From contig CM059431.1 of assembly GCA_030390025.1 (NCBI GenBank), forward strand, positions 109,928,001-109,992,000: a stretch of DNA of 64,000 nucleotides. The letters run 5' to 3'. This document shows positions 12,177 through 24,705 of the stretch, in pieces (position 1 is the first letter of the stretch; each line of letters opens with the position of its first letter). Made by a program: the position numbers and the translations under genes. The stretch comes from Squalus acanthias. Its lineage: Eukaryota. The notes beneath the pieces were generated by a model. The model was not told the origin of the DNA. It worked only from the letters and a program-made list of their open reading frames with translations, and did no database searches.

Positions 12177-12598
12177 GTGTCAGCTGTGGCTCAGTTGGTA
12201 GCACCCTCACCTCGGAGTCCAAAGGTTGTGGGTTCAAGTCCCACTCCAGAGACTTGAGCACAAAAATCTAGGCGGACACTCCAGTGCAGTACTGAGGGAG
12301 TGCTGCACTGTCAGAGGCCCCATCTGCTCTCTCAAGTGGACACAAAAGATCCTATGGCACTATTTCGAAGTTTTCCCCAATGTCCTGACCAATATTTATC
12401 CCTCAATCAACATCACTAAAACAGATTATCTGGTCATTATCACATTGCCGTTCACGGGAACTTGCTGTGTGCAAATTGGCTGTCGCGTTTCCTACATTAC
12501 AACAGTGACTACACTTCAAAAAGTACTTAATTAGTTGTAAAGCACTTTGGGACTTCTGGTGGTTGTGAAAGGCGCTATAGAAATGCAAGTCTTTCTTT
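12177..12598 (+). mobile_element. DeuSINE (SacSINE1-like)
   Basis: Same head, core and tail as 9194-9606 with internal deletions. Further fragments at about 11745-11848 (+) and 13045-13400 (-). Confidence 0.8.
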
Positions 12599-14309
12599 AA
12601 GGGAAAGTATTCCATTAAAACTATTGGTCTGCGCAATGATGAAACTTAGCAGGTGCAGCGCAATGGTCACATCCTTTGTAGAGGCTTCGAGTTCACGAGG
12701 TAGTTACTTTGTTACTGTGGTGCACAAAGAGCTCAAGGCAGATTCGAGATGATATTTACAGCTAAAACAAGCGTCACTATTTTGGTTACTTGACCCCCAA
12801 TTAGTGAGTTAGAATACTATCACACCTAACTCTAGTGTATCAATGACAAAAGTCATGAAAGCAGAACGCCACCACCCGCACCTCAGCTGCAGGACCTAGT
12901 GTAGACCTTTTAACTTTTTTAAAAACACACCAAGCACATACCAGAGAACATCACCACGGTTAAGAAAAGTTCAGGAGAGAAGACCAATCAAATCAGGATA
13001 GTGATGAGGTGATGTCAAACCTTTTTTGCAGCTTAGAAAGATAGCGCTTCCATTCAGAGAGTACCTCCCATGTAAGCACTTCACAGCTAATGAGTTATTT
13101 TGAAGTGCAGTCACATCTATTATGTTGGCAAATGAGGCAGCCAATTTGCAGCCTGCGAGGTCCCACAAACAGAAATGAATGACCAGATAAACTCTTTTGG
13201 GGAGTTGGTTGAAAAGAACTTGAATTTACATAGCACCTTTCATGTCCTCAGGACGTCCCGAAGAACTGCACAGTCCGAGGTCTAGAAGGAAGAATGTCAG
13301 CCAGAACTCCCCGTTCTTCTTCAAAATAGAAGTATCAGTCTACATTGTGTGCTCACGTCCTGGAGTGGGGATCGAACCAATAATCTTCTGATTCAGAGGC
13401 GAGCTAGTCCAGAGTTGATTTGTGGAAGGGAAAAGAATTGAATTGCAGAAGAGAAATAAATCTTCTGGGAAGGAATTTGCAGCTATGGAAGATTCTTGGG
13501 AGTTCCATTTGAGATAAGAGAATATAATGAAGCCAAGAATATTAATGCACGAAGGGCACAAGGGTGATGCATTTTAGGCCCTATATTCTCTCTATTACAA
13601 AGGCCACCTACTTCCACCACAGTAACATATCCCACCCTTACCCACCCCACAAAGCTACCACTGAGCCACGACCAACGCCTCCAAATTAAATCATGATGAC
13701 CTGTACCTCAACCCCATTTACCCGCCTTTGCTCCATATCCCTAAATACACCCCAGGTCTCACGACACTGCACTGGAAACAAAGACAACGTGATTGAAATT
13801 CAGGACGTTTTTATAAGGGAACTATTCTAATTGAATGAAATAGGGCAGCACGGTGTAGCCCAGTGTTACCAAGATGAGAAACAGCTCTACAAGTGACCCC
13901 CTCAGGAGGAGGTCACCAGTAATAAAACACTAATAGTTCAATTAAATTAAAGGATGCTAAGAATAAAATACTACAAAAAAATATGCAAGACATGCAGGCA
14001 GTCAGCACGACCCTCCCCATGGATCTTCTGCTTCCTGCACCTGTTAATAGCAACTTTGGTCAGGCGGGGATGCAAACCCACGAGAAGGACCTCCTGAATT
14101 CCCTATTAGATTTATTAGTGATTATCTAATATTTATGGCCCCAATTTTGGTCTCCTCCACAAGTGGAAACATTGTCTCTATAATTTTAAAAGACCTCTAT
14201 CAGGGCTATGGGGAAAGAGTGGGACTAATTGGATAGCGCTTTCAAAGAGCCGGCATAGGCATGATGGGCCGAATGGCCTCCTCCTGTGCTGTAAGATTCT
14301 ATGATTCCA

Positions 14310-14870
14310 TGATCCCCAAATACAAGGCCTTCCACTGGTTGCTCTCACCACCGCTGGACATGATGTTACGACAAGGTGTATCCAGACAGAAGTCGAGGGC
14401 AAGGAAGTGAATAATGTGCAGCGAAGACTCAACTTGGGAGGTTTTGAGGGCCTCTTGCCAATGAGGAGCTGTCCAAATGGAGAAGAGATCAAATTTCATT
14501 GGTCCACGTGTTTGAACTTCCTGAACGTACCTAGTGGAGTCAGGGTCAAGTGCGACTGTTAGTGCATAGGTGGCTTTGGCCGCAACCTGGATGTAGATCT
14601 ACAACATTCAGGCAACTAATGTCCGGGCGCTGCATCCAGCCTGCATTCTGGCAGCTGGCAACAACTCTGGTTATCTTTGCACGCAGGGCTCGGCTCTCCG
14701 CCAGCCACGTGCCACTGATGTGGATTCCGGAGAAGTGGCTCGAACAAGAAGGCGACTGTCTCGGACAGGGGGGTAAAGAGCTGCTGCTGGAGCCAACCAT
14801 GTTCCGGACTCCGACCAAATGTCGATAGAAAACAGTAAGCACCTCCAAAGACGAATTTATTCCTTGCAAG
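14310..14870 (-). mobile_element. Decayed Tx1/L1-clade LINE ORF2 fragment (post-RT region)
   Basis: Frameshifted minus-strand peptides EPLLRNPH..WLAESRALRAKITRVV..AGWM and LHIIHFLAL..DTPCR..WKALYLGI resemble Tx1-type ORF2 as recalled; not confirmed by search. Confidence 0.5.
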
Positions 14871-14953
14871 TTCAAAAAGAAAGAGCTGCCTTTCATAGTT
14901 CAGGCTGTGCGTCAGGCTGAATAAAAAAAAGTTCGTAGCGCACAACAGTTCTA

Positions 14954-15200
14954 TCAGCTGTGGCTCAGTGGTAGCACTCTGAGTCAGAAACTCAGAGGTT
15001 CAAGCCCCACTCCAGAGACTTGACCACAAAAATCTAGGCTGACGCTCCAGTGCAGTACTGAGGGAGTGCTGCACTGTTGGAGGTGCCGTCTTTCGGGTGG
15101 GACGTTAAACCGTGTTTTGCGACATTACAAGAGTGGCTGTACTTCAAAAAAATGGGCTGGAAAGCGCTTTGGGACGTGCCGAGGTCGTGAAAGGCGCAGC
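14954..15200 (+). mobile_element. DeuSINE, internally deleted
   Basis: Head TCAGCTGTGGCTCAGTGG..GGTTCAAGCCCC, then GGAGGTGCCGTCTTTCGG, joined to the tail. Confidence 0.75.
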
Positions 15201-15239
15201 AGCAATGAGAGTACACCAAACATAAACCCTGTTAAAAGA

Positions 15240-15710
15240 AAGAAAAAAGACTTGCATTTATATAGTGCCTTTCACAACCACCGGACTTCTCAAAGCACTT
15301 TACAGCCAATGAGGAACTTTCCAAGTAGAGTCACTGATCTAATGTAGGAAATGCGGCAGCCAATTTGCACATAGCAAGCTCCCACAAACAGCAATGTGAT
15401 AATGACCAGATAATCTGTTTTTGTTATGTTGGTTGAGGGATAAATATTGGCCAGACCACCGGGGATAACTCCCCTGCTGTTCTTCGAAATAGTGCCATGG
15501 GATATTTTACGTCCACCCGTGGGAGCAGACGGGGCCTCCGTTTTAACGTCTCATCCGAAAGACGGCAGCTTCGACAGTGCAGCACTCCCTCAGCACTGCA
15601 CTGGGAGTGTCAGCCTAGCTTGATGTGCTCAAGTCCCTGGAGTAGGACTTAGAACCCACAACCTTCTAACTCAGAGGAGAGTGTGCTACCCACTGAGCCA
15701 CTGGTTGACA
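15240..15710 (-). mobile_element. DeuSINE, full length
   Basis: Reverse complement of the complete head, Deu core and tail. Confidence 0.85.
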
Positions 15711-15839
15711 GAGGTATGGTTAGTTGTTTCCAACCCAATTTGCTTACGATTCCATACACTGAAATGACCATCAGTAGTTTTTGGGTTTAATTGATTGAAA
15801 CATCCTTTGCGGCATGCGAGTTCCTTCTTTGTTAACCTT

Positions 15840-16416
15840 TGCGAGGAATTGGCAGGAGGGGGCGGGGGGAAGCTGCGGGTTTCTGTCTGGAGTCGCAAGC
15901 GGACCCCGCAGTGGAAGCGGGAGAAGGGCAGCGCGCACGAACCGAGCCGCCACTTCATCATCTCAACCGCCACCACCATCACAAATAAATAAATAATAAA
16001 CAGCCCGCCACACAAAGAAAGAAACATAAACACAATCACTCACCGTCCATCGTCTCCCTCACCGCGTTCAGATTCGCCGCACTCGCCATTCCGCGACCTT
16101 TCACCCGGAAGCACAGCCACCCAGGTCACCGCCCGCCCACTTTAAAAAAATAATTAATTAAAAAATAAAATTTACAACTCCTAGCTTTAATCGACACAAT
16201 TATCAGTCAGGAATGCAACTATCAAAATGAGAAGATTTCTCGATTCCTCCTCTTCTGCTCGTTTACCAGTTTTTATCAATAAAGTTGATTCAGAGAGAAC
16301 GGTTTGGAACGCCGGGAGGATTTGAATCTGATTGGTCGCCGGCAGAGGAGGCCGCTGATTGGCTGCCGAGTGAGAGAGGGGATTTCAACACAACGAACTG
16401 AGAGAGAAAAACTGAG
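15840..16416. promoter_or_regulatory. CpG-rich bidirectional MZT1/BORA promoter region
   Basis: Local CpG enrichment, CCGGAAG ETS-like site (~16106), TTTAAA (16141) and TTTGAA (16321) CHR-like hexamers, two reverse CCAAT boxes ATTGG (16331, 16358). MZT1 and BORA are head-to-head in human. Confidence 0.7.
16044..16089 (-). CDS. MZT1: MZT1 coding exon 1
   Basis: ATG at 16089 gives MASAANLNAVRETMD + G, then donor gtgagt. Phase 1 joins exon 2 (G+TT = Val). Total CDS 46+146+24 = 216 nt, 71 aa. Confidence 0.96.
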
Positions 16417-17196
16417 GTAAAATACCGAGAGAAACTGAGGTAAAACACTGAGAGAGAGAGAGAAACTGAGGTAAAAGACCGAGAGAGAGAGACTGAGGTA
16501 AAATACCGAGAGAGAGAGAGAGAAACTGAGGTAAAAGACCGAGAGAGAGAGACTGAGGTAAAAGACCGAGAGAGAGAGAGAGAGAGAGACTGAGGTACGG
16601 TACAGAGTGAGAGACTGAGGTACGGTACAGAGTGAGAGACTGAGGTACGGTACAGAGTGAGAGACTGAGTGAGGTAGGGTACCGAGAGACTGAGTGAGGT
16701 AGGGTACCGAGAGACTGAGTGAGGTAGAGTACCGAGAGACTGAGTGAGGTAGAGTACCGAGAGACTGAGTGAGGTAGAGTGCCGAGAGACTGAGTGAGGT
16801 AGAGTGCCGAGTGAGAGACTGAGTGAGGTAGAGTACCGAGTGGGGTAGAGTACCGAGTGGGGTAGAGTACCGAGTGGGGTAGAGTACCGAGTGGGGTAGA
16901 GTACCGAGTGGGGTAGAGTACCGAGTGGGGTAGAGTACCGAGTGGGGTAGAGTAAATTGCCGCGTGTGTGTGTGTCTGTGTGTGTGGTAAAATACCGAGT
17001 GTGAAAATGTGAGGTAAAATTCAGAGTGTGTGTGAGAGAGAGGGATAAAATACCGAGTGTATGTGTGTGTGAGAGAGAGAGAGGGGTAAAATACCGAGTG
17101 TATGTGTGTGTGAGAGAGAGAGAGGGGTAAAATACCGTGTGTGTGTGTGAGAGGGGGGTAAAATACCGAGTGTATGAGAGAGAGGTAAAATACTGA

Positions 17197-17227
<31 letters not shown>

Positions 17228-17390
17228 GTAAAATACCGAGTGTGAAAGTGTGTGAGGTAAAATACCGAGTGTGTGCGAGAGAGAGGTAAAATACCGAGTG
17301 TATGTGTGTGTGTGTGAGAGAGAGGGGTAAAATACCGAGTGTGTGAGAGAGAGGTAAAATACCGTGAGAGAGAGAGAGGGGTAAAATAAC

Positions 17391-17421
<31 letters not shown>

Positions 17422-20400
17422 GTAAAATACAGAAAGAGGTAAAATACCGAGTGTAAGAGAGAGAGAGAGGTAAAATACCGAGCGTGAGAGAGAGGGGTAA
17501 AATACCGTGTGAGAGAGAGAGAGAGGGGTAAAATACCGAGTGTGAGAGAGAGGGGTAAAATACCGAGTGTGAGAGAGAGGGGTAAAATACCGAGTGTGAG
17601 AGAGAGGGGTAAAATACCGAGTGTGTGAGAGAGGGGTAAAATACCGAGTGTGTGAGAGAGAGGGGTAAAATACCGAGTGTGAGAGAGAGGGGTAAAATAC
17701 CGAGTGTGAGAGAGAGGGGTAAAATACCGAGTGTGTGAGAGAGGGGTAAAATACTGAGTGTGAGAGAGAGGGGTAAAATACCGAGTGTGAGAGAGAGGGG
17801 TAAAATACCGAGTGTGAGAGAGAGGGGTAAAATACCGAGTGAGAGAGAGGGGTAAAATACCGAGTGTGAGAGAGAGGGGTAAAATACAGAGCGTGAGAGA
17901 GAGGGGTAAAATACCGAGCGTGAGAGAGAGGGGTAAAATACCGAGTGTGAGAGAGAGGGGTAAAATACCGAGTGTGAGAGAGAGGGGTAAAATACCGAGT
18001 GAGAGAGAGGGGTAAAATACCGAGTGTGAGAGAGAGGGGTAAAATACCGAGCGTGAGAGAGAGGGGTAAAATACCGAGTGTGTGAGAGAGGGGTAAAATA
18101 CCGAGTGTGTGAGAGAGAGGGGTAAAATACCGAGTGTGAGAGAGAGGGGTAAAATACCGAGTGTGAGAGAGAGGGGTAAAATACCGAGTGTGAGAGAGAG
18201 GGGTAAAATACCGTGTGAGAGAGAGGGGTAAAATACCGAGTGTGTGAGAGAGGGGTAAAATACCGAGTGTGAGAGAGAGGGGTAAAATACCGAGCGTGAG
18301 AGAGAGGGGTAAAATACCGAGTGTGAGAGAGAGGGGTAAAATACCGAGTGAGAGAGAGGGGTAAAATACCGAGTGTGAGAGAGAGGGGTAAAATACCGAG
18401 TGTGAGAGAGAGGGGTAAAATACCGAGTGTGTGTGTGTGAGAGAGAGGGGTAAAATACCGAGTGTGTGTGTGTGTGAGAGAGGGGTAAAATACCGAGTGT
18501 GAGAGAGAGGGGTAAAATACCGAGTGTGTGTGTGAGAGAGAGGGGTAAAATACCGTGTGTGTGAGAGAGAGAGAGAGAGAGGTAAAATACCGAGCGTGTG
18601 TGTGAGAGAGAGGGGTAAAATACCGAGTGTGAGAGAGAGAGGGGTAAAATACCGAGTGTGAGAGAGAGGGGTAAAATACCGAGTGTGAGAGAGAGGGGTA
18701 AAATACCGAGTGTGAGAGAGAGGGGTAAAATACCGAGTGTGAGAGAGAGGGGTAAAATACCGAGTGTGAGAGAGAGGGGTAAAATACCGAGTGTGAGAGA
18801 GAGGGGTAAAATACCGAGTGTGAGAGAGAGGGGTAAAATACCGAGTGTGAGAGAGAGGGGTAAAATACCGAGTGTGAGAGAGAGGGGTAAAATACCGAGT
18901 GTGAGAGAGAGGGGTAAAATACCGAGTGTGAGAGAGAGGGGTAAAATACCGAGTGTGAGAGAGAGGGGTAAAATACCGAGTGTGAGAGAGAGGGGTAAAA
19001 TACCGAGTGTGAGAGAGAGGGGTAAAATACCGAGTGAGAGAGAGAGGGGTAAAATACCGAGTGTGAGAGAGAGGGGTAAAATACCGAGTGAGAGAGAGAG
19101 GGGTAAAATACCGTGTGTGAGAGAGAGGGGTAAAATACCGAGTGTGAGAGAGAGGGGTAAAATACCGAGTGTGAGAGAGAGGGGTAAAATACCGAGTGTG
19201 TGAGAGAGGGGTAAAATACCGAGTGTGAGAGAGGGGTATAATACCGAGTGAGAGAGAGGGGTAAAATACCGAGTGTGAGAGAGAGGGGTAAAATACCGAG
19301 TGTGAGAGAGAGGGGTAAAATACCGAGTGTGAGAGAGAGGGGTAAAATACCGAGTGTGAGAGAGGGGTAAAATACCGAGTGTGAGAGAGGGGTAAAATAC
19401 CGAGTGTGAGAGAGAGGGGTAAAATACCGAGTGTGAGAGAGAGGGGTAAAATACCGAGTGTGAGAGAGAGGGGTAAAATACCGAGTGTGAGAGAGAGGGG
19501 TAAAATACCGAGTGTGAGAGAGAGGGGTAAAATACCGAGTGTGAGAGAGAGGGGTAAAATACCGAGTGTGAGAGAGAGGGGTAAAATACCGAGTGTGAGA
19601 GAGAGGGGTAAAATACCGAGTGTGAGAGAGAGGGGTAAAATACCGAGTGTGAGAGAGAGGGGTAAAATACCGAGTGAGAGAGAGAGGGGTAAAATACCGA
19701 GTGTGAGAGAGAGGGGTAAAATACCGAGTGAGAGAGAGAGGGGTAAAATACCGAGCGTGTGAGAGAGGGGTAAAATACCGAGTGCGAGAGAGAGGGGTAA
19801 AATATCGAGTGCGAGAGAGAGGGGTAAAATACCGAGTGTGAGAGAGAGGGGTAAAATACCGAGTGTGAGAGAGAGGGGTAAAATACCGAGTGTGAGAGAG
19901 AGGGGTAAAATACCGAGTGTGAGAGAGAGGGGTCAAATACCGAGTGTGAGAGAGAGAGGTAAAATACCGAGTGTGTGAGAGAGGGGTAAAATACCGTGTG
20001 AGAGAGAGGGGTAAAATACCGAGTGTGAGAGAGGGGTAAAATACTGTGTGAGAGAGAGGGGTAAAATATCGAGTGGGAGAGAGAGGGGTAAAATACCGAG
20101 TGTGAGAGAGAGGGGTAAAATACCGAGTGTGAGAGAGAGGGGTAAAATACCGAGTGTGAGAGAGAGGGGTAAAATACCGAGTGTGTGTGTGTGTGAGAGA
20201 GAGGGGTAAAATACCGAGTGTGAGAGAGAGGGTAAAATACCGAGTGTTTGAGAGAGAGAGAGCGAGAGAGGTAAAATACCATGTGAGAGAGAGAGGGGTA
20301 AAATACCGAGTGAGGGGGGGAGAGAGAGAGAGGTAAAATACAGAAAGAGGTGAAATACCGAGTGTGTGAGAGAGAGGTAAAATACTGAGTGTGTGAGAGA

Positions 20401-23400
20401 GAGAGAGAGAGAGAGGTAAAATATCGAGTGTGAAAGTGTGTGAGGTAAAATACCGAGTGTGTGTGAGAGTGCGAGAGAGAGGTAAAATACCGAGTGTGTG
20501 TGTGTGAGAGAGGGGTAAAATACCGAGTGTGTGTGTATGTGAGAGAGAGAGGGGTAAAATACCGAGTGTGAGAGAGAGGGTAAAATACCGAGTGTTTGAG
20601 AGAGAGAGAGCGAGAGAGGTAAAATACCATGTGAGAGAGAGAGGGGTAAAATACCGAGTGAGGGGGGGAGAGAGAGAGAGGTAAAATACAGAAAGAGGTG
20701 AAATACCGAGTGTGTGAGAGAGAGGTAAAATACTGAGTGTGAGAGAGAGAGAGAGAGAGAGAGAGGTAAAATATCGAGTGTGAAAGTGTGTGAGGTAAAA
20801 TACCGAGTGTGTGTGAGAGTGCGAGAGAGAGGTAAAATACCGAGTGTGTGTGTGTGAGAGAGAGGGGTAAAATACCGAGTGTGTGTGTATGTGAGAGAGA
20901 GAGGGGTAAAATACCGAGTGTGTGAGAGAGAGGTAAAATACTGAGAGAGAGCGAGAGAGGTAAAATACCGAGTGAGGGGGAGAGAGAGAGAGAGAGGTAA
21001 AATACCGAGTGTGTGAGAGAGGGGTAAAATACCGAGTGTGAGAGAGAGGGGTAAAATACCGTGTGTGAGAGAGAGGGGTAAAATACCGAGTGTGTGAGAG
21101 AGAGGGGTAAAATACCGAGTGTGAGAGAGGGGTAAAATACCGAGTGTGAGAGAGAGGGGTAAAATACCGAGTGTGTGTGTGTGTGAGAGAGAGAGAGGGG
21201 TAAAATACCGAGTGTGTGAGAGAGAGGTAAAATACCGAGTGAGGGGGAGAGAGAGAGAGAGGTAAAATACAGAAAGAGGTGAAATACCGAGTGTGTGAGA
21301 GAGGGGTAAAATACCGAGTGTGAGAGAGAGGGGTAAAATACAGTGTGTGAGAGAGAGGGGTAAAATACCGAGTGTGTGAGAGAGGGGTAAAATACCGAGT
21401 GTGAGAGAGAGGGGTAAAATACCGAGTGTGAGAGAGAGGGGTAAAATACCGAGTGTGAGAGAGAGGGGTAAAATACCGAGTGTGAGAGAGAGGGGTAAAA
21501 TACCGAGTGTGAGAGAGAGGGGTAAAATACCGAGTGTGAGAGAGGGGTAAAATACCGAGTGTGAGAGAGAGGGGTAAAATACCGAGTGTGAGAGAGAGGG
21601 GTAAAATACCGAGTGTGAGAGAGAGGGGTAAAATACCGAGTGTGAGAGAGGGGTAAAATACCGAGTGTGAGAGAGGGGTAAAATACCGAGTGTGAGAGAG
21701 AGGGGTAAAATACCGAGTGTGAGAGAGAGGGGTAAAATACCGAGTGTGAGAGAGAGGGGTAAAATACCGAGTGTGAGAGAGAGGGGTAAAATACCGAGTG
21801 TGAGAGAGAGGGGTAAAATACCGAGTGTGAGAGAGAGGGGTAAAATACCGAGTGTGAGAGAGAGGGGTAAAATACCGAGTGTGAGAGAGAGGGGTAAAAT
21901 ACCGAGTGTGAGAGAGAGGGGTAAAATACCGAGTGTGAGAGAGAGGGGTAAAATACCGAGTGAGAGAGAGAGGGGTAAAATACCGAGTGTGAGAGAGAGG
22001 GGTAAAATACCGAGTGAGAGAGAGAGGGGTAAAATACCGAGCGTGTGAGAGAGGGGTAAAATACCGAGTGCGAGAGAGAGGGGTAAAATATCGAGTGCGA
22101 GAGAGAGGGGTAAAATACCGAGTGTGAGAGAGAGGGGTAAAATACCGAGTGTGAGAGAGAGGGGTAAAATACCGAGTGTGAGAGAGAGGGGTAAAATACC
22201 GAGTGTGAGAGAGAGGGGTCAAATACCGAGTGTGAGAGAGAGAGGTAAAATACCGAGTGTGTGAGAGAGGGGTAAAATACCGTGTGAGAGAGAGGGGTAA
22301 AATACCGAGTGTGAGAGAGGGGTAAAATACTGTGTGAGAGAGAGGGGTAAAATATCGAGTGGGAGAGAGAGGGGTAAAATACCGAGTGTGAGAGAGAGGG
22401 GTAAAATACCGAGTGTGAGAGAGAGGGGTAAAATACCGAGTGTGAGAGAGAGGGGTAAAATACCGAGTGTGTGTGTGTGTGAGAGAGAGGGGTAAAATAC
22501 CGAGTGTGAGAGAGAGGGTAAAATACCGAGTGTTTGAGAGAGAGAGAGCGAGAGAGGTAAAATACCATGTGAGAGAGAGAGGGGTAAAATACCGAGTGAG
22601 GGGGGGAGAGAGAGAGAGGTAAAATACAGAAAGAGGTGAAATACCGAGTGTGTGAGAGAGAGGTAAAATACTGAGTGTGTGAGAGAGAGAGAGAGAGAGA
22701 GGTAAAATATCGAGTGTGAAAGTGTGTGAGGTAAAATACCGAGTGTGTGTGAGAGTGCGAGAGAGAGGTAAAATACCGAGTGTGTGTGTGTGAGAGAGGG
22801 GTAAAATACCGAGTGTGTGTGTATGTGAGAGAGAGAGGGGTAAAATACCGAGTGTGAGAGAGAGGGTAAAATACCGAGTGTTTGAGAGAGAGAGAGCGAG
22901 AGAGGTAAAATACCATGTGAGAGAGAGAGGGGTAAAATACCGAGTGAGGGGGGGAGAGAGAGAGAGGTAAAATACAGAAAGAGGTGAAATACCGAGTGTG
23001 TGAGAGAGAGGTAAAATACTGAGTGTGAGAGAGAGAGAGAGAGAGAGAGAGGTAAAATATCGAGTGTGAAAGTGTGTGAGGTAAAATACCGAGTGTGTGT
23101 GAGAGTGCGAGAGAGAGGTAAAATACCGAGTGTGTGTGTGTGAGAGAGAGGGGTAAAATACCGAGTGTGTGTGTATGTGAGAGAGAGAGGGGTAAAATAC
23201 CGAGTGTGTGAGAGAGAGGTAAAATACTGAGAGAGAGCGAGAGAGGTAAAATACCGAGTGAGGGGGAGAGAGAGAGAGAGAGGTAAAATACCGAGTGTGT
23301 GAGAGAGGGGTAAAATACCGAGTGTGAGAGAGAGGGGTAAAATACCGTGTGTGAGAGAGAGGGGTAAAATACCGAGTGTGTGAGAGAGAGGGGTAAAATA

Positions 23401-24705
23401 CCGAGTGTGAGAGAGGGGTAAAATACCGAGTGTGAGAGAGAGGGGTAAAATACCGAGTGTGTGTGTGTGTGAGAGAGAGAGAGGGGTAAAATACCGAGTG
23501 TGTGAGAGAGAGGTAAAATACCGAGTGAGGGGGAGAGAGAGAGAGAGGTAAAATACAGAAAGAGGTGAAATACCGAGTGTGTGAGAGAGGGGTAAAATAC
23601 CGAGTGTGAGAGAGAGGGGTAAAATACAGTGTGTGAGAGAGAGGGGTAAAATACCGAGTGTGTGAGAGAGGGGTAAAATACGAGTGTGAGAGAGAGGGGT
23701 AAAATACCGAGTGTGAGAGAGAGGGGTAAAATACCGAGTGTGAGAGAGAGGGGTAAAATACCGAGTGTGAGAGAGAGGGGTAAAATACCGAGTGTGAGAG
23801 AGAGGGGTAAAATACCGAGTGTGTGAGAGAGGGGTAAAATACCGAGTGTGTGTGAGAGAGAGAGAGGGGTAAAATACCGAGAGAGAGAGAGAGGGGTAAA
23901 ATACTGTGTGTGAGAGAGAGGGGTAAAATACCGTGTGTGAGAGAGAGGGGTAAAATACCGTGTGAGAGAGAGAGAGGGGTAAAATACCGAGTGTGAGAGA
24001 GAGGGGTAAAATACCGAGTGTGAGAGAGAGGGGTAAAATACCGAGTGTGTGTGTGAGAGAGAGAGGTAAATTACCGAGTGTGAGAGAGAGGGGTAAAATA
24101 CCGAGTGTGAGAGAGAGGGGTAAAATGCCGAGTGTGAGAGAGAGGGGTAAAATACCGAGTGTTTGAGAGAGAGAGAGAGAGAGGTAAAATACCATGTGAG
24201 AGAGAGAGGGGTAAAATACCGAGTGAGGGGGGGGGGAGAGAGAGAGAGGTAAAATACAGAAAGAGGTGAAATACCGAGTGTGTGAGAGAGGTAAAATACT
24301 GAGTGTGAAAGTGTGAGGTAAAATACCGAGTGTGTGTGTAGTGCGAGAGAGAGGTAAAATACCGAGTGTGAGGGAGGGGGGGAGGGGGAGAGAGGTAAAA
24401 TACTGAGTATGTGAGAGAGAGGTGAAATACCGAATGTGTGAGAGAGAGGTAAAATACTGAGTGTGTGTGAGAGAGAGGTAAAATACCGAATGTGTGAGAG
24501 AGAGGTAAAATACTGAGTGTGTGTGAGAGAGAGGTAAAATACCGAGTGAGAGAGGTAAAATACTGAGTGTGAGGGAGAGAGAGAGGTAAAATACTGAGTA
24601 TGTGAGAGAGAGAGAGAGAGAGAGGTGAAATACCGAGTGTGTGAGAGAGGTGAAATACCGAGTGTGAGTGAGGTAAAATGTCGAGTTTAATCGAGAGTGG
24701 TAAAT
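16411..24705. repeat. ~8.3-kb minisatellite, consensus unit GAGTGTGAGAGAGAGGGGTAAAATACC (27 bp), with 17- and 25-bp variant sub-arrays at its left end
   Basis: Directly visible; roughly 300 units. Unit length varies in 2-nt steps of the (GT)n(GA)m part. Contains a 2286-bp higher-order duplication. Confidence 0.98.

Noticed and set aside
16411..24705. CRISPR-like look (constant palindromic core with variable spacers)
   Set aside because: Spacers are microsatellite length variants, not unique sequences; the core is only 11 bp; no cas genes; vertebrate context.
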